64,000 bases of DNA from Eledone cirrhosa (lineage: Eukaryota), in contig OZ024740.1 of the NCBI GenBank assembly GCA_964016885.1, forward strand, positions 333,870,001-333,934,000. Direction: 5' to 3'. This document shows positions 14,731 to 31,073 of the stretch, one piece after another. Both the position numbers and the translations under genes were made by a program. How positions within the stretch are numbered: the first letter of the stretch is position 1; every line of letters begins with the position of its first letter. The notes beneath the pieces were generated by a model. It was not told the origin of the DNA. It did not search any database and worked only from the letters and a program-made list of their open reading frames with translations.

Positions 14731-14992
14731 TATCACAGAAAAAAAGGGAATCAGTGTTGCGACGAATGGAATTTATTGGACATATTACAATCGGTTCTCT
14801 GGCGACCAGCTCGAGGCACGATCGATGTGATGATCGAACCTGACTCTGAAAATTGTAATATGTCCAATAAATTCCATTCGTCGCAACACTGATTCAAATT
14901 TTTTTTCCTGTGATATCATACTCTGCTCTATGAGAGCATCGAGTACTCATACAGTCTACCGCATACGGACCCTTTAAACATCCAACACCAAT
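14731..14992. mobile_element. Head-to-head non-coding PLE-type end fragment
   Basis: Inverted repeat 14731-14791 / ~14852-14916; plus arm extends ~77 nt further; (TA)n on both sides. Confidence 0.7.
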
Positions 14993-15016
14993 TATATATA
15001 TATATATATATATATA

Positions 15017-15317
<301 letters not shown>

Positions 15318-15347
15318 CATAGTGATTAAGAGAGAGTGAGATATACT

Positions 15348-15388
<41 letters not shown>

Positions 15389-15546
15389 ACTACAAGAGCC
15401 TTGAGTTTACTTTTGATTTAGTTCCCTTCTATATCCATTTGTGAAATTCGAATTGTCTCTTATTTACCTCTTATTGTTTTACGCGATATCGTTTGACTAC
15501 AGTAAGAACTGTTTCTCCTCCTCCCCATTATTCTCTGCCTATTGCT

Positions 15547-15882
15547 CTTTATGATCTGAGTTTAAATCCCGCCGAGGTTAGCTTTACCTTTCATCCTTAC
15601 GGGATCGATAAAATAATTGTTTCTACTTTTGGCACAAGGCCAGCAATAACCCTGTACATTACTGGTACTTTATTTTATCGACCCCGTAAGGATGAAAGGC
15701 AAAGTTAACCTCGGCGGGATTTGAACTCAGATAGTAAAGGGACGGAACTCTTTGCATCAAAGCATGGCGTCCGATCCTCTACTGATACCATAAAATAATG
15801 TACCAGTCACGCACTGGTTCGATTTAATCGACTTTCCCCTCCCCCCAAATTGCTTGCTTTGTGCCTATATAAGAAATCATTA
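15547..15882 (+). mobile_element. SINE split by a nested antisense SINE
   Basis: 5' part 15547-15617 continues at 15790-15882 across duplicated ataaaataat. Confidence 0.75.
15618..15789 (-). mobile_element. tRNA-derived SINE (nested)
   Basis: Reverse complement of the 13715 family; TSD ataaaataat at 15608 and 15790. Confidence 0.85.
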
Positions 15883-16582
15883 TTCTCTCCCTACTTTCTA
15901 TTTCATCAGCCATAACCCAAAATTATTCAACCTTCACCACACCGCTATCATTACAAAGAAAATGGGAAAGTATTCAGTGCACAGAATATTATTAACATTT
16001 TAAATTCATTTAATGTAAATGTTCATTCTTCATTGTTAAATATGTCGACACTATAATCACATACATGTCATACCTTTCCAAACAATAGAAATACAACCCA
16101 ACAAAAATATATTTTAAATATTTCAAGCATGTTAACTTCTAATATTTCACAGAAAAATAACATTTTTTTCAAACCGAAATAATATGGATTCCGAATCTAC
16201 TGGAGATTTTTACATGTTAATAATAAATATTAAATATAAATATTTATCTGTTCACTACCAGATTAGAAGATATACTACAAGCAGGAAATGTGACATACTC
16301 GTTAAGGTAGGTATACATAACATACCCTCTTGTAGAAGCAAGCCTATTGAGTGAAATTGTATAGCCGGAAGCCCGTAAATGGGTGTATTAGTAATACAAA
16401 TATCCAAACATGTAGGTCAGCGTCGTACAGAATATCTCATAAAATTATGTTAACAATATATGTGATTATGGAATGCCTAATCACTTACACGTCACTGACA
16501 TAAAGAAGCTAGTGAACTGAATCAATGACACAAAGAAGCTAGTACACTTATCACTATATATATATATATAAATATATAGATA

Positions 16583-16715
16583 AAGTGAGATAGATAAAAT
16601 AGATAGATGAAGTGAGATAGATAAAATAGATAGATGAAGTGAGATAGATAAAATAGATAGATGAAGTGAGATAAATAAATATATCTTTAGATAGACATCG
16701 AGAAAGAGCGAGAGA

Positions 16716-16792
<77 letters not shown>

Positions 16793-16820
16793 GGGGAGAT
16801 AGAGAGAGAGGAAGAGAGAT
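16583..16820. repeat. 27-bp minisatellite (aagtgagatagataaaatagatagatg x~3.5) followed by (GA)n
   Basis: Direct reading. Confidence 0.9.
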
Positions 16821-17117
16821 GGGAGGATAATGCATCTAGAATACGTTTCAAGATGATGTATTGCACGCAAATTGACCTTGAAATGAAAAGCATGTTCAGT
16901 ATTAAAAAAACATATATAGATTTTGACACGTTACCGGGAATAGTTGTTACATCCAATATATAGAGTTTGACATATCATTAGCTTTTAAAAAATGATTTTC
17001 AAGAAACGTGCGAATAGTGCTGCATATCATCAGCTAGTTCACGTTAATACACCCACTGCACACACACATAAATATATATTTTTTACTTATTTATCTAAAT
17101 GCGTATTCTAAATGCAT

Positions 17118-17206
<89 letters not shown>

Positions 17207-17537
17207 CTCTCTCTCTCGCTCTCTCTCTCTCTTTCTGCCTATTTATATTTTCGCATATATATATGTATGTATATACATCACAGGCTTATGACCGATATAG
17301 GATTGTTATTTTTATTGATTTTTTACTTTAAATGGAGTCAGGCAAACCAAATTGTATTAAGTTATTATTTTTTTCAACCTAGTTAACTTGGTCCTTTGCA
17401 ATTGGAACACATGTAAACTTATATCTGTGTTCATCTCTCTCATATATTCAATTATATTATGTTACACGGCTTGGAAAATTTTCTTTCTTTGTGCTATTTA
17501 ATTGTAAAAGATTAATTTGAGTTTCTAACTCAATGTA

Positions 17538-17717
<180 letters not shown>

Positions 17718-17845
17718 GAGGTTATATGAAAGCGCACCACGATCTGCCTTGGTGGCCCTTGAAATATGTATAATGAAATAAATATGGTTCTATAAATATA
17801 GTTTCCATTTGTTAATATATTGTATATATATACATATATATGTTT

Positions 17846-17881
<36 letters not shown>

Positions 17882-18229
17882 GTATGTATGTATGTAAGTA
17901 TGTATGTGGGTGTGTGTGCGTGAGTATGTGTGTGTGTGTGCGTGTGTGTGTGCGTGCGTGAATCTTTGTGAGGAATGTATTAAAGGGAGTATTGGAAAAT
18001 CCAATGCGAATAGAAATATAAAGTTAAAACTAGGGTGGGTGAAATAAATATGAGAAAATAAAACAATAATTTTACACTATATATTTCATATTTCATGGTG
18101 ATGATCTTCTTTGCAAATGATGAGAAAAAAATGAAGCAAAATCTACTTCACTTTATCTTTTCATTGGATTTATGATTGAACTGTGGTAGAAATGTGACAA
18201 GCATTTTACTCACTCTGCTCCATGCACAT

Positions 18230-18600
18230 CAGGTCTATTGTTGATATTTGGCTTAATCATTGTTATAATGAGTTCCTATATATGCATTCCGTTTTATTGT
18301 TAAACCTCCTATAGGTGTAGTGACTACCAGTTCCTAAATAAGAGAGATGTCCAGAAAATTGACTATGGTCACTTCGGCGTTGACTGTGATTCCTTGGCTG
18401 AAAAATGTCATGATCGTTATAGGAACATTTCTGAGCTTAACCATAGTGTGGCCGTTCATATGGCTTGGAATTACTAGGATAACGCCTTTGTACAGATCTG
18501 AAATACGAATTCGTTTTCTGATTGTGTAAAGGTTGAATAAGAACATGATGCCTGCACCCTAAGCTCCATCAAAGGAGCCTAATTAGTTACGAAACGAAAT
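18230..18600 (-). pseudogene. Ancient Nematis-like PLE RT remnant
   Basis: Minus-strand translation LGSFDGA...ITVNAEVTIVNFLDISL / GSHYTYRRFNNKTECIY resembles PLE RT MGS(F/Y)DGAE...VNFLDVTL..G.Y.PYRKPN. Confidence 0.6.
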
Positions 18601-19344
18601 GACTTCCTGCCGCTCAGTTTTATTCTGACATTAAGGTCGATCAGCATAGTTTATTTTTTTTTTAAATATGGCTATCCGTAGAAGTGGTTACAATATAATC
18701 ATGCTTGGTGAATCAGCATTCAGGGAAACCTCTTAATTATAGCGTTTTACACGAAAATAAGGAAAGAAAGTGTTCGATTTGTCGGGCTTTAGCCGTTCTT
18801 CATTAGTACAAAGATTAAGAGAGGATCACACATGATAGATAGAGAATATAAAAGATAGTCCAAGTAATATACATATATATATATATATATATATATTTAA
18901 GTTGTGAATTAGACTGGTTATCTATGCACGTGGCTGACACATTTCAGCTATATTGTTATATAATGGATAATCGCATTTAAAGTCCGTTAAAGGTTCTTGA
19001 CACTACCATTGTTAGTATCGCTTTCCCCTAGCCATGGGGCTTGGAGACATGAAGCGAATGCTACCATTCTATGTTATATCAATGTGAACTGCTATTTCTA
19101 ATAGCCATCTTTTCACCCCTTGATAATTTGTGTGTGAGACAGGTTGGTTGAAGGCTTCTGACAGGAACTAAAAGATTGATTCTTTTTAGCTTCCCGTCCC
19201 CACGTAAAATGTGTAAATCGGTGGCTAGTTGAGAGATAGAGTCCTATCGGTTGCCAGTTGCTAATCGCTTTACCGTGTCGGTTGTCACAAACAGTCATGA
19301 CCGGAATGGATTGTGTCGATCGATTGATTATTGATTAAGCGATA

Positions 19345-19454
19345 CCCGCTGATGAAGCCGCATAAGCCGATTGTGCATTGTTGCATAATATATGCAGACG
19401 GATGGTGCAGTGCACCTTACTGCTGCATTAATGCAGCAGAAACTCGAGTCCGGG
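19345..19454 (+). ncRNA. Type I hammerhead with ~80-nt stem II domain
   Basis: cccg-CTGATGA-a-gccgcat...atgcagc-a-GAAA-ctcgag-TC-cggg. Confidence 0.85.
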
Positions 19455-19619
19455 AACCTTATATGCACCCGTTTTACGTGTGTTGTGTTGAGGCAAATAA
19501 CTATGTGTATACTCTGGTAATGTATCTCACATTGTCCATTGTGTGCGCTGAGATACACCCGGTACTGGCATTGTTAAATATGCTGGGTCCGTCAACCTGT
19601 ATTATATATATATATATAT

Positions 19620-20241
<622 letters not shown>

Positions 20242-20872
20242 GTGTGTGTGTATGTATGTATGTATGTATGTATGTGTGTGTGTATGGGCGTGTGTATGTA
20301 TGTGTATATACATGGTGCTTCTTATTATTTGTGTCACTTCCATATTTCATTGTGTATACTAATCCCAGCTACAACTTCTCTTTATCTGATGATGACTATT
20401 TTGTTCATGTTGAATACTTATATAATCATATTTAGATAAGAGCATGCGGAATATTAAGGATAAAATCTACTCGTATCGTTTCGTTTATTTAATTCCACTC
20501 AAGTTTCTTTTTCTTTTCATTTTGCATTCATTTATTGATATATGTAGGTAAGTGCTGATTTTAGAAATGGAGAATCTGAAAAGAAATGCCGTAGGAAAAT
20601 TCAAAGTAATACAACGGTTAATGCAATCCCAATTCAAAACGTTAACGTTACAATAAAGTAGAAGCAAGAAATTATCACCAATGATATGACATAAAATATA
20701 TCAAAATTCGTGTATATGTTACGCAGAAACAAGACCGATTATATAAGAAACATCATGTAAGTACAATCAGCAGAATAGCTAAGTGTTAAAAAATCTGATT
20801 TGTAGAACAAGAAATCTATCCAAAATAACACATATTTTAGTAGTCAATGCATAATTTAGTTATTGTAATAGT

Positions 20873-21063
20873 TGTTTCTACGTTAGGCACAATGCCAGCA
20901 ATTACCCAGTGCATCACTGGTACTTTATTTTATCTACCCCGTAAGGATGAAAATCAAAGTTAACCTTGCTTGGATTTGAACTCAGAAACGCAACGGCTGT
21001 AACTCTATACGTCAAAGCATGGCGTCCTACCCTCTACCAATACTGCGAATCCACCGCCCTAAA
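20873..21063 (-). mobile_element. tRNA-derived SINE
   Basis: Same family as 13715; TSD ttattgtaatagt. Confidence 0.85.
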
Positions 21064-21375
21064 TTATTGTAATAGTGTTCAAAGTTCATTGCTGGGTTGT
21101 GTTATTTTGGATAAATTTCCTGTTCAACAAATCAGATGTTTTAATACTTAGCTATTCTGCTCATTGTACTGACACGATTTCCCTTATATATTCGGTCTTC
21201 TTACTGTGTAACATATTCGCGAAGATTCCTATATTTCATTTCATATCATTGGTGATAAATTCTTGCTTCTACTTTATATTAACGTTAATGTTTATTGCTG
21301 GAATTGACATCAGTAAAATGTTACGATCAACTTATGCACAATTCTGGACGCATCATAGATGAACGTAATTATAAT

Positions 21376-21562
21376 TGTTTCTACTTTAGGCACAAGGCCA
21401 GCAATTACCCAGTGCATTACTGGTACTTTATTTTATCGACCCCGTAAGGATGAAAGGCAAAGTCAACCTCGGCGGGATTGAACTCAGATCGTAAAGGGAC
21501 GTAACTATGCTGGAAAGCATGGCGTCCGACTCCCTACTGATACTGCCAATCCACCACCCTAA
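21376..21562 (-). mobile_element. tRNA-derived SINE
   Basis: Same family; 17-bp TSD atgaacgtaattataat. Confidence 0.88.
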
Positions 21563-22277
21563 ATGAACGTAATTATAATATTAATAAGTCTGTATTCACT
21601 GGAATCACTAGCGTTAATTAAACTTATGAATAACAAATAAGATGTGGATATCAGGGACGTCTTTCATGATAAATCGTTTGAATAGATGTGATAATTGACT
21701 AAACAACAGACACGAATTGGAACATCCAAATATTGAAATCTGGAAATACACAACAAATTCAATCCATTAACATTTGAAATATTTATTATGATATTACATA
21801 TATTATATATTAGTAAAATAGATACAGAAAAATCATAATCACTTCTGAGCTTACACATATTCACAACATACTGGAAGTAGCGTTGGTTTATTACATAGAT
21901 TATTATAGTTTAGATTACTTTCAATACTATGAAAAACGATAAAAATAAAATACAACAATTACTCAAATTTGCTGAAAAAAATTATTTCCCATTTGGCATA
22001 AGTCCAGAATAATTTTTAGAGAGATTAATCAAGTAAATTCATCCGATTTTTGTTATAATGTTATAAATGCGTCAAGATTTAACAAGGCCAGAATCATGTT
22101 TTTATTATTAAAGACTACTTCAATTGATTAAACAAAGAATCAAAGCCATTAACGATTTAATAACAGTGTATCCTTTAGATTTTCTTAGTAGTTTTAGGAT
22201 GAGCAACAAATCCTGATATAAAATACCACGCAGTTATTAGCCACAGGATAAAAAAATACTATGTACAAGTTACAATT

Positions 22278-22345
22278 GATTATTTCTACATAAGGCACAA
22301 GGCCAGCACTTTCATGGAATGGGTAACTTCCATTAAATCGATTCC
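22278..22345 (-). mobile_element. SINE 3' fragment
   Basis: ttatttctacataaggcacaaggccagca...ttaaatcgat matches the SINE tail. Confidence 0.55.
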
Positions 22346-24524
22346 AATTGACTGTCGGAATGAGCAAATTACAAAAGCCGATAAAGTGCTTTTATTATAT
22401 TAGACAAGATATTACTCGCTGGTATTCATAGCGAATATTTTGGATTTATTTGCGAGCAGCTATTTAACTTTACAAAATACATAATATAATTTAAAAAGAA
22501 AATTAATTACATAGTACACATTTGTTGAGAAATACAAGAGCTAAATAAACCACAATGTGTTCTTTGCAACAAAATTGAAACGTATACCGAATATTTAAAT
22601 ATATACAATAAACAAATATTTCAGTTTCACAACTCTTATCGTATCTCTAATCCTTAAACATGAGATTAACCATGCTAAATTAAAGAAAAATATAATTAGA
22701 GAGTTACTTGCACTACGTTTCGGTGCTGAATTATGTTTGCACTGAATTTGGGTGTTGAAATTGTTGATATAAGTTCATAAAACCAATATCCCATTATGTA
22801 TCGAAAACTGCTATAAACGACTCTCTCTAAGGAGATATTTCCAAGTACAATTGTTAAGAATCATCATTACATTAATACAGTCATCTTTTATTCGTTTCCA
22901 TTTCATTCTGCAGGAGTTTTGTCATGAAAATCTGAAGTTGCCTGGACTAGTTCTACTCATAAAAACGTACGTAATTATGAAAAAAGGAATTTATATACAA
23001 TATACTTACACTAGATGAATAATTCTCAAATGATGGTGAATGAGACCAGTAGACACGTTAGAGAATGCGAAAGTGGAAGTTTTCAATGCATGACATAAAG
23101 ATGATTATTTTTTTTAAATTTACCGTAAACTCGTCTTACTAATCTGTTCTATATATATATATTTGTTCAATGTTTATATCCTGCTGGTCTCAAAGACGTG
23201 GTTTACCAATATGTATAATTTATCAACACGAAGAAAATGGTAGCTGATAATTTTACACCTTCTGTAAACTGTTCATTCCATGTTTTCTACCAAGATGTCT
23301 CCTCACGTAAAATAACTCGGCTGTAGAATCCATGTTCCAATATCCACCGACATACGTTTCCTTATTCATCTTTTAAATTGCAGTGTTTCTGAAACCCAGC
23401 GCCTACACATATTAATGTGCATATCGTACCTATTTAAAACGGAAACATGGTATACAGGTGGGAGATGAATTTCTAATAAATACACATTGCAATAGCTGTT
23501 CTCTGATATTAAACATATAATACGGGAAATAATAACTGAAGAGAATCAACACGCATGTATGTCCCAATGTCAGACCCAAGAACATCGTTTTCGGTTTCAA
23601 AATCAAGAGCATTGTTTTTTCATTATTCTGTGTTGTGGGACATTGAGTTATGATTATACCTATATGTGAGTCCATACTGAGTCATGATAGTCCCGAGGGT
23701 CTCTATTTCCTGGACTACACTACATAAGGGACTTCATTAAACAGAACTACAGTTTTTTTGTTGAAGCCATCGCAATGACTCATCACTACTGAATCGTAAA
23801 ACACCTTCTGGCTACAGAAAATCCGTAGTGATTATCACTCTGCGGGGAATGGGAATACATGTGATGACAATTCTTAACAGCTGCTAGTTCTGTGTCAACA
23901 TATGTTGAAATTTGGTGTGATATGTCTGTATTTGGCTTAACTTAGATGTCACCAATCAAACTAAGGTGCAAAAAAAAAAATATGTCCCATATGCTTGTTT
24001 CTTAAAGTGTCTTCTTCCCTGCTTCATATTGACAACTGATAAGGCAATTAGAAGAAAGTTTCATGACTCTATTGCTGAATATTTTCTTCTTGTTAATATA
24101 ATTACATATATGTTTACGTCCAATAGAGATAGATGTAACCGAATGGTATGGGCAAGAAATAGCATATTGCCGAAATCTATTTTTCATTGCATCAGTTGTC
24201 CCATCTCTGGCCTATGAATTGAAAGCCTCTCTACGTAATATTTTTCTTTATATAGAGTAAGCAGCCATTGTTGAGACGTTCGCTTTTTTGCCATACAGTT
24301 CGGGAACAGAAGGACATTATATGCCCAACATATTGATGCCTCCCTCCACACACACGTAGGCACTTACGCACAAGCATAAATGAGCAAGAATGTGTTCCCG
24401 CATAAGGGATTTTGGTTTTCTCCAGCATTAAGAATATACCTGTGTCTGTCAAAATGATATGTGTATACGTGCGCACACACTAACATGCATGCATATCTCT
24501 ACCTCTCCCTCTATCTATAGTTTC

Positions 24525-24576
<52 letters not shown>

Positions 24577-24600
24577 ATATAAATGCGCACACCCTTTCAT

Positions 24601-24648
<48 letters not shown>

Positions 24649-24751
24649 TAGATAGATAGATATACGTACGCACACACTTTCATAAATTTCACATTTATAT
24701 ATATACACGCGCACACATACACACACAAACACAGACACACACAGAAACACA

Positions 24752-24869
<118 letters not shown>

Positions 24870-24923
24870 TAAACAAGCAACAACACAATCGGTACAGTAT
24901 ATGGAAGGGACATATTAGGTTAA

Positions 24924-24969
<46 letters not shown>

Positions 24970-25379
24970 ATATATATACATACATATATATACTTTAAAT
25001 ATGAACCTAGATGGAAACCTCCACAAAAAACAAACAACATGACTTGCAAAAAGAATCCCTAACATGTTTAAGTACTACATGTATATTGCACCTATTCACA
25101 CTTGCATATATACAGGATAACATCACTCTTATATATATATTCATTCAGATGCGCCAAAATACATTATAAGCTACATCCATGCACGGTCGGACTAATGAAT
25201 TTCTAACATTCCATGTATTAAGAGATATTCATATAAAATGTATATGAGTAGTGAATACAATACTTCAAATAGTTTCAGATCAATATACACATATGATATA
25301 TATTCGAAAGTAACAATGCAAAAATAAACTCACGCGTACTCATAACACACGTAAACACACGTAAACACATACACATACG

Positions 25380-25441
<62 letters not shown>

Positions 25442-27997
25442 GCGATAGAGAGAAATAGATATTCATATGTATGTAATTGTGTTTGTATGCAAGTATACGC
25501 AACCGAGAAGCAAACGCCATATTTGTAAATATGTTATATTTGTACTGCCTAAAAAAGAAACATGAATATGAGTGCACAAACAATACAACGTTAGCACATA
25601 ATGAGATAAAGATAAATAATCATGAATAAATAAAGATAAATAATCATGAAAACTAATAATAGTCAATAGATTGCTTGTGATATAGTGAAAGGAAACGAAA
25701 GGGAAAAATTGTTCGTTTTGACATAATCGAACAGATGTACTAAGACGAGATGGCGTGTATATAATTCAATACATATCACCCCTAGATATTATACAATGGA
25801 TATATGCATCTCCTGCTTTCCTTGTTTGGTGTAGGTAAGAATCATCCTTATTTAAATGACTATGTAATTTCTCCATTTATCGAACTACATTTCGTTTTCA
25901 AATTTCCAAATAGTGCCAGAATGTGTATTATCGAATAGATGCATACTTGAATATTGTATAATAGAAAGAGATATGCCCTCGTAGGCAAGTAGTATGTGGA
26001 GGTGGGATTAAGTGTGGGATTGTTACTGTGTACTTCTCCAATATTTTTCCTTTATTGCTGCATTACTATGATGAAAAATTCGCATTTTATATTTCGATAA
26101 CGATTGATTTAAGGTCTAACATTTGTACGAAGATTTTTGAAATACAGTTTAACATTAATAGCATTTTCAGCGCAATTAAGAAGTAGCATATGTCGAATAC
26201 AATAGTTCGGATTTACCTTCATTGAGTTAGGTATAAGGAACGAATGGCAGTTGGAAAGATTAGATGATGTTTGATTTCTTGCGCTGATATAGGAAAAACT
26301 AGAATAGATTATTATAATGGACGATGGCATCTACTATAATATACACATAGTACAGTAAGTATCAAACAATATCCATAGGGCAACTATAACTCATTAGTTT
26401 TTCATCATCCTTTTATCGGCATTCATCACTTTCTTTAAAGATCAACATATTACAATGGAGTAAGTTACGTCTGTGTACATGAATGTTGAGTAGGGGAGAA
26501 GATTACATGGGCAATCTAAATTATCAAACACATTTACGAAACTAAAAATCAATTCACAGATCGCATGGGTAAAGAAGCAAATACAATTGGAAAACTAGAA
26601 GAAACGGGTGCCATGTTGTTTTAAGCCAATAAAATCTAGTGCCATATGTGGAGTTGCGTGGGATTGAGTACACCTATTAACTACATTAGTCGTTAAAATG
26701 TCGGCTATAACAACTAGTTGGATAATCTTTAATTGTATATTTCTTAATTGGTGTGTATAAAGAACTGCAAATACACTTCTACGGTTTAGGAGGCATGAAT
26801 TTAACAAAGTAATAGACTGAAATGTCTACAACGTTTTACACCCGACCAATTTTTCAGATGCAAGTAGACACGGCGAATTATTTTCTCTTCACAATATACC
26901 ACTTGGAATAATTTCAATTTGTTTATAGTGGCATGAACTGGTCCTGTACCATTCTATTAAATTATTACTTTCCCTATGGTTTGGTATAAATCATCTCAGC
27001 TAAGAACACTATGACACATGGATTGCAAATGTAGTTCATATATCTCTCAATGTCAATGATGTTTCATTTCCTTTTCGTTTGACACATGCTTTAAAATTTG
27101 TATCCAAATCATAATATCATTGCACAGCTCGCTAACTCTGAAACAGCTTTTTTTTTTAATGTCGCTGTTGTGATGATGAGATGGAATGTCTTTGAATCAC
27201 TTGAGTTTGACATGCCTCGGAACAATTTTACCAATCTTGGTTTTAAAATATTTGAAACCAATAAACAAACCTACTCTACCACCAGATAGTAAACCTATTA
27301 TAAACATAACACAATACCATCGTGGGGTTCTATATCAAGTCAAATCATATTTTGTTTATTATTTCTAATACTTTACAACAATGGTATTTTTAAAGAGAGT
27401 GGCCCCATTTAACAAGGGAATTGTATATCAAATAAGGTCAGAGCTTCGATTTCATCAATTGAAACATCTATTTTCCTGATGATTGGTCTATGAAAATGCT
27501 GTGTTCATGCCAGTGTAACTTCGTGAATGGATTAGAAGACAGAATAGACATGTCTCTGGTTCAGAAATTCCATTCATAATCCTGTAATTACGGGATCAGT
27601 AAATTTTCTTTTAGCAGAGCCTTGGATCGATCCAAGGAATGTATTTAGCATTGGATACACAGTAACTGCATCTAAATCTGTCAAATAGAGTTTGTTTATA
27701 TATGAAAGGTGCAACTGCATTACATTTCCACTCTAATTGAGCATAGTCTTACATGACGAACAAAAGTGTTGGAAGAATACTCATCCACGTAAAATGTAAA
27801 TTCAATGAGTAGGTCACAGAGTTCATTGAACAAGTTTATGTTCGTAAATTCATCTCGATGTGAGCGTCCACAATACGCAAATATCCTGACATAAATAAAT
27901 GTGCACCCACATATACATACACACATAAACACTCATACACGCACACACACACGCGCGCATGCACACACACACACACACCCATAAATGTGAGTGTGTC

Positions 27998-28029
<32 letters not shown>

Positions 28030-28030
<1 letters not shown>

Positions 28031-28266
28031 TTATTAAAATAACAGATTAAAGTTTAAGCAAAGAATCGCTGCTTTCACCCTTAACAGGATCTTCTGAAAC
28101 TTGTTAGTTTCAGAAGATCCCGTTAAGGGTGAAAGCATCGATTCTTTGCTTAAAGTTTAATCGTTTATTTTAATAAATATTTGCTCTACGGTTCTTATAT
28201 ATTTGATATATATTTATCCTTATCGAGCCCTCTTTGGATTTTAGTCTTCAAATTTATTATTATTAC
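28030..28266. mobile_element. Palindromic head-to-head PLE-type end fragment
   Basis: 28030-28100 inverted to 28107-28180; plus arm ~86 nt longer; tail also found at 42065-42133; HHR-like cagaaga-tcccgttaagggt-gaaa. Confidence 0.7.
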
Positions 28267-28314
<48 letters not shown>

Positions 28315-28319
<5 letters not shown>

Positions 28320-28718
28320 AAAAACATGGAGAGAAGAATACTGCATGGTTGCACATGGATTACATATTATAAAATGAGTCCCTCATCAGTGATTTGCCAA
28401 CGATCATTGGTATTTCATCGCATTAAAAATCATATACCTCAGGTTGATGCGAGCAATAACTAAAATAAGCTATTGGGACAAGTGAAACGCGTAAAGCGAG
28501 TGAGACAAGTAAACAACAAAGAAGGAAAAGCTAACCGAAGATGGGAAGAAAAACAAGCAACATGGTTATCCGATCAGTATAATCTGGGTGAATTTCATGA
28601 GCGCTCAGCAAACAGACCTTTCGCTGTGAATGGGATGTGAGAAAGAAGGAATCCCACTCCTAGCGAACGGGAGGAAGTGAGAAGGGGAGAAACAGAGAGT
28701 GAGTGAGTGGAAGTGCGA
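28315..28718 (-). mobile_element. Partial copy of the ~510-nt non-coding family
   Basis: Clearly alignable to 2531-2920. Confidence 0.85.
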
Positions 28719-28815
28719 TATATATATATATATATATATATGTATTTATGTATGTGTGTGTGCGCGCGTGTATATATATATATATATGTATTTCTGTATG
28801 TGTGTGTGTGCGCGC

Positions 28816-28858
<43 letters not shown>

Positions 28859-30490
28859 CATACATATACATGCTAAACAGCAGAAGGCCGGACTGGATAT
28901 TTTTGTTTTAATGTTAATCCTGTGAAAACAATATACATATTACATTGGCTCAGTTTGATCAACTGGTCATGTTACTTGCCACAGGACCTCTGCTTAGAAT
29001 TATCACATAGAAGTGTTTAAGATTATGCCGGTTTACAGAAACACGCCTATTTATGCTATGTACACATAGTATTAGTGAATACTTAATATAGAAATAAATA
29101 AGCTTAATTTCCTCGTCCGTGATGGCAAATATACACGGTGTTACACGGAGATGTAGTCAAAATTCTGAATAATATATATTGTGAGCAGAAAAAATGTATA
29201 CTGTTAACTATAAAGTGCACCGATCACATTTTTCTGGTATCAAAGTACATAGAATAAGTATTTACTTAAGCTTAACAAATTTGATTTCTTTAATATAAAC
29301 GACTCACTTGCTAAGACGTAAATGATTTTATTATGAGATCATACAAGAATTCTTGTATGTATATTGACATTTTTTTTTATTGTAGGCATTGCTGCACTCA
29401 TTCTCGATAAAACAATTATGACCTTTGGTTTTTAGCCTATTCGTCTTCCTCTACATCTTTACACAACTTCCTACAACATCTTATATTTGATTTCATAATA
29501 TTACGGCTTCAATAATACATTATATATTGTATCACTACCAGTCGTCTCCATAATGTATTGTATTCATATACATTTCAGATTTAGAAACAATAACGAATGC
29601 AGATGGGAAGGATTTAATATTTATGCATTTTTTAAATATAGGAGTAAGCAGTGACAAGCATGACCTGAGAAGAATGAACATGCGTCAGCATAGCTAATCG
29701 ACGTGATTATATATGTCAGATGTTTATATCTGTAAATGTGTATATATTTAAACATAAACGTACAGTGTATTTAGGAATAGAGTAATAATTGATTGATATA
29801 ATATGCAGGAATTAGATCTAGACATTGTGCCTCTCGCTTTTATTTCGAATGGCACGAACTAAGTTATATCTCTGACAAGAAACAAACCAAACCGTGTTAA
29901 ATAAGAAAACCATATAAGACCCAAATGTCTCAGATACAGTTAAACATAAGGATTATTGCAGATGATATTTTTATGTTCTGACAATTATCGATCTTATTTA
30001 ACATGGGACTACCCAATGGCAACAAGTAAATATGATCTTGGGATTTGAAATATATTGCTGACTGCCGATAACTATTCATTAAAAGGATTTAATCTCACAA
30101 GAAATTCATTCAATTAGTATTCTGCCAGCAGCTAAAATTAAATGTATATCTTTTCGGAATATTCTAATATAGCAACAAGTATAGAAAATCTACTAGCAGG
30201 ATTTTAAACAAGTATTTAAGTTCTTGAATCATTTAGAAAAGATACCAGTATATGGTTAATATATCGATATCTTGGATATGCACTTAACCTAAGATTTCTA
30301 GGAGAATGCTGATAATTATGTATGAGATCCATTCTATTTTCAAGAGTAATATCAACTTCTTCAATTAGTTGAGTTGATATTTCTGTAACAAAAAAAAAAT
30401 AAATAAAATAAGAAAGAAATGTGTTGTGAAATGATTACATGGCGCCAATCGCTAATTGCCACTGGGAATATTCTGAAGGAATTCAAAGAT

Positions 30491-30627
30491 TCGGGAAAGG
30501 CATTAACACAACAAACGTCAAATATAATTAACTGTAATGGGCTTCGTTAAATCCGAGTTTCGGGAAAGGCATTAACACAACAAACGTCAAATATAATTAA
30601 CTGTAATGGGCTTCGTTAAATCCGAGT
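30491..30627. repeat. ~69-bp direct tandem duplication
   Basis: ttcgggaaaggcattaacac...aaatccgagt twice. Confidence 0.92.
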
Positions 30628-30890
30628 AGCACTAGTGCCGTTTATAGAACGCAATGTGCGTATTCGTACTAAGCACACTAGGCTAAATATTTTCTTGATA
30701 TATATTTTATTCATTTTTACACACACACACACATACACATATGTATACTCATAATAATATCGTATATGCTTTATACACATCTCATATATATATATGAAAT
30801 AAGCTGGTAATGAATTACTGACCTGTCCTGTTTATAATTATATATAGTGTATATATAAGTATAAATATTATTATTATTATTATTATAATA

Positions 30891-30951
<61 letters not shown>

Positions 30952-31073
30952 GTACACACACACACACGCACATATATATATATATATATACGTTACTCCG
31001 GGTTGAATCGGAGGTAACCACAGTAAGTAAGGTACTCAATACATAGCAGAGTATAAAAGTTTTAATATAGATG

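Noticed and set aside
23200-23900. Possible R4/Dong-like RT remnant (STAELFYVRRHLGRKHG) on the minus strand
   Set aside because: Single weak motif with many stops; needs a translated search
26600-30400. Possible decayed LINE RT pieces (IADDIF ~29955, YRYLG ~30263; minus strand 26800-27900)
   Set aside because: Motifs short, spacing atypical, no continuous frame
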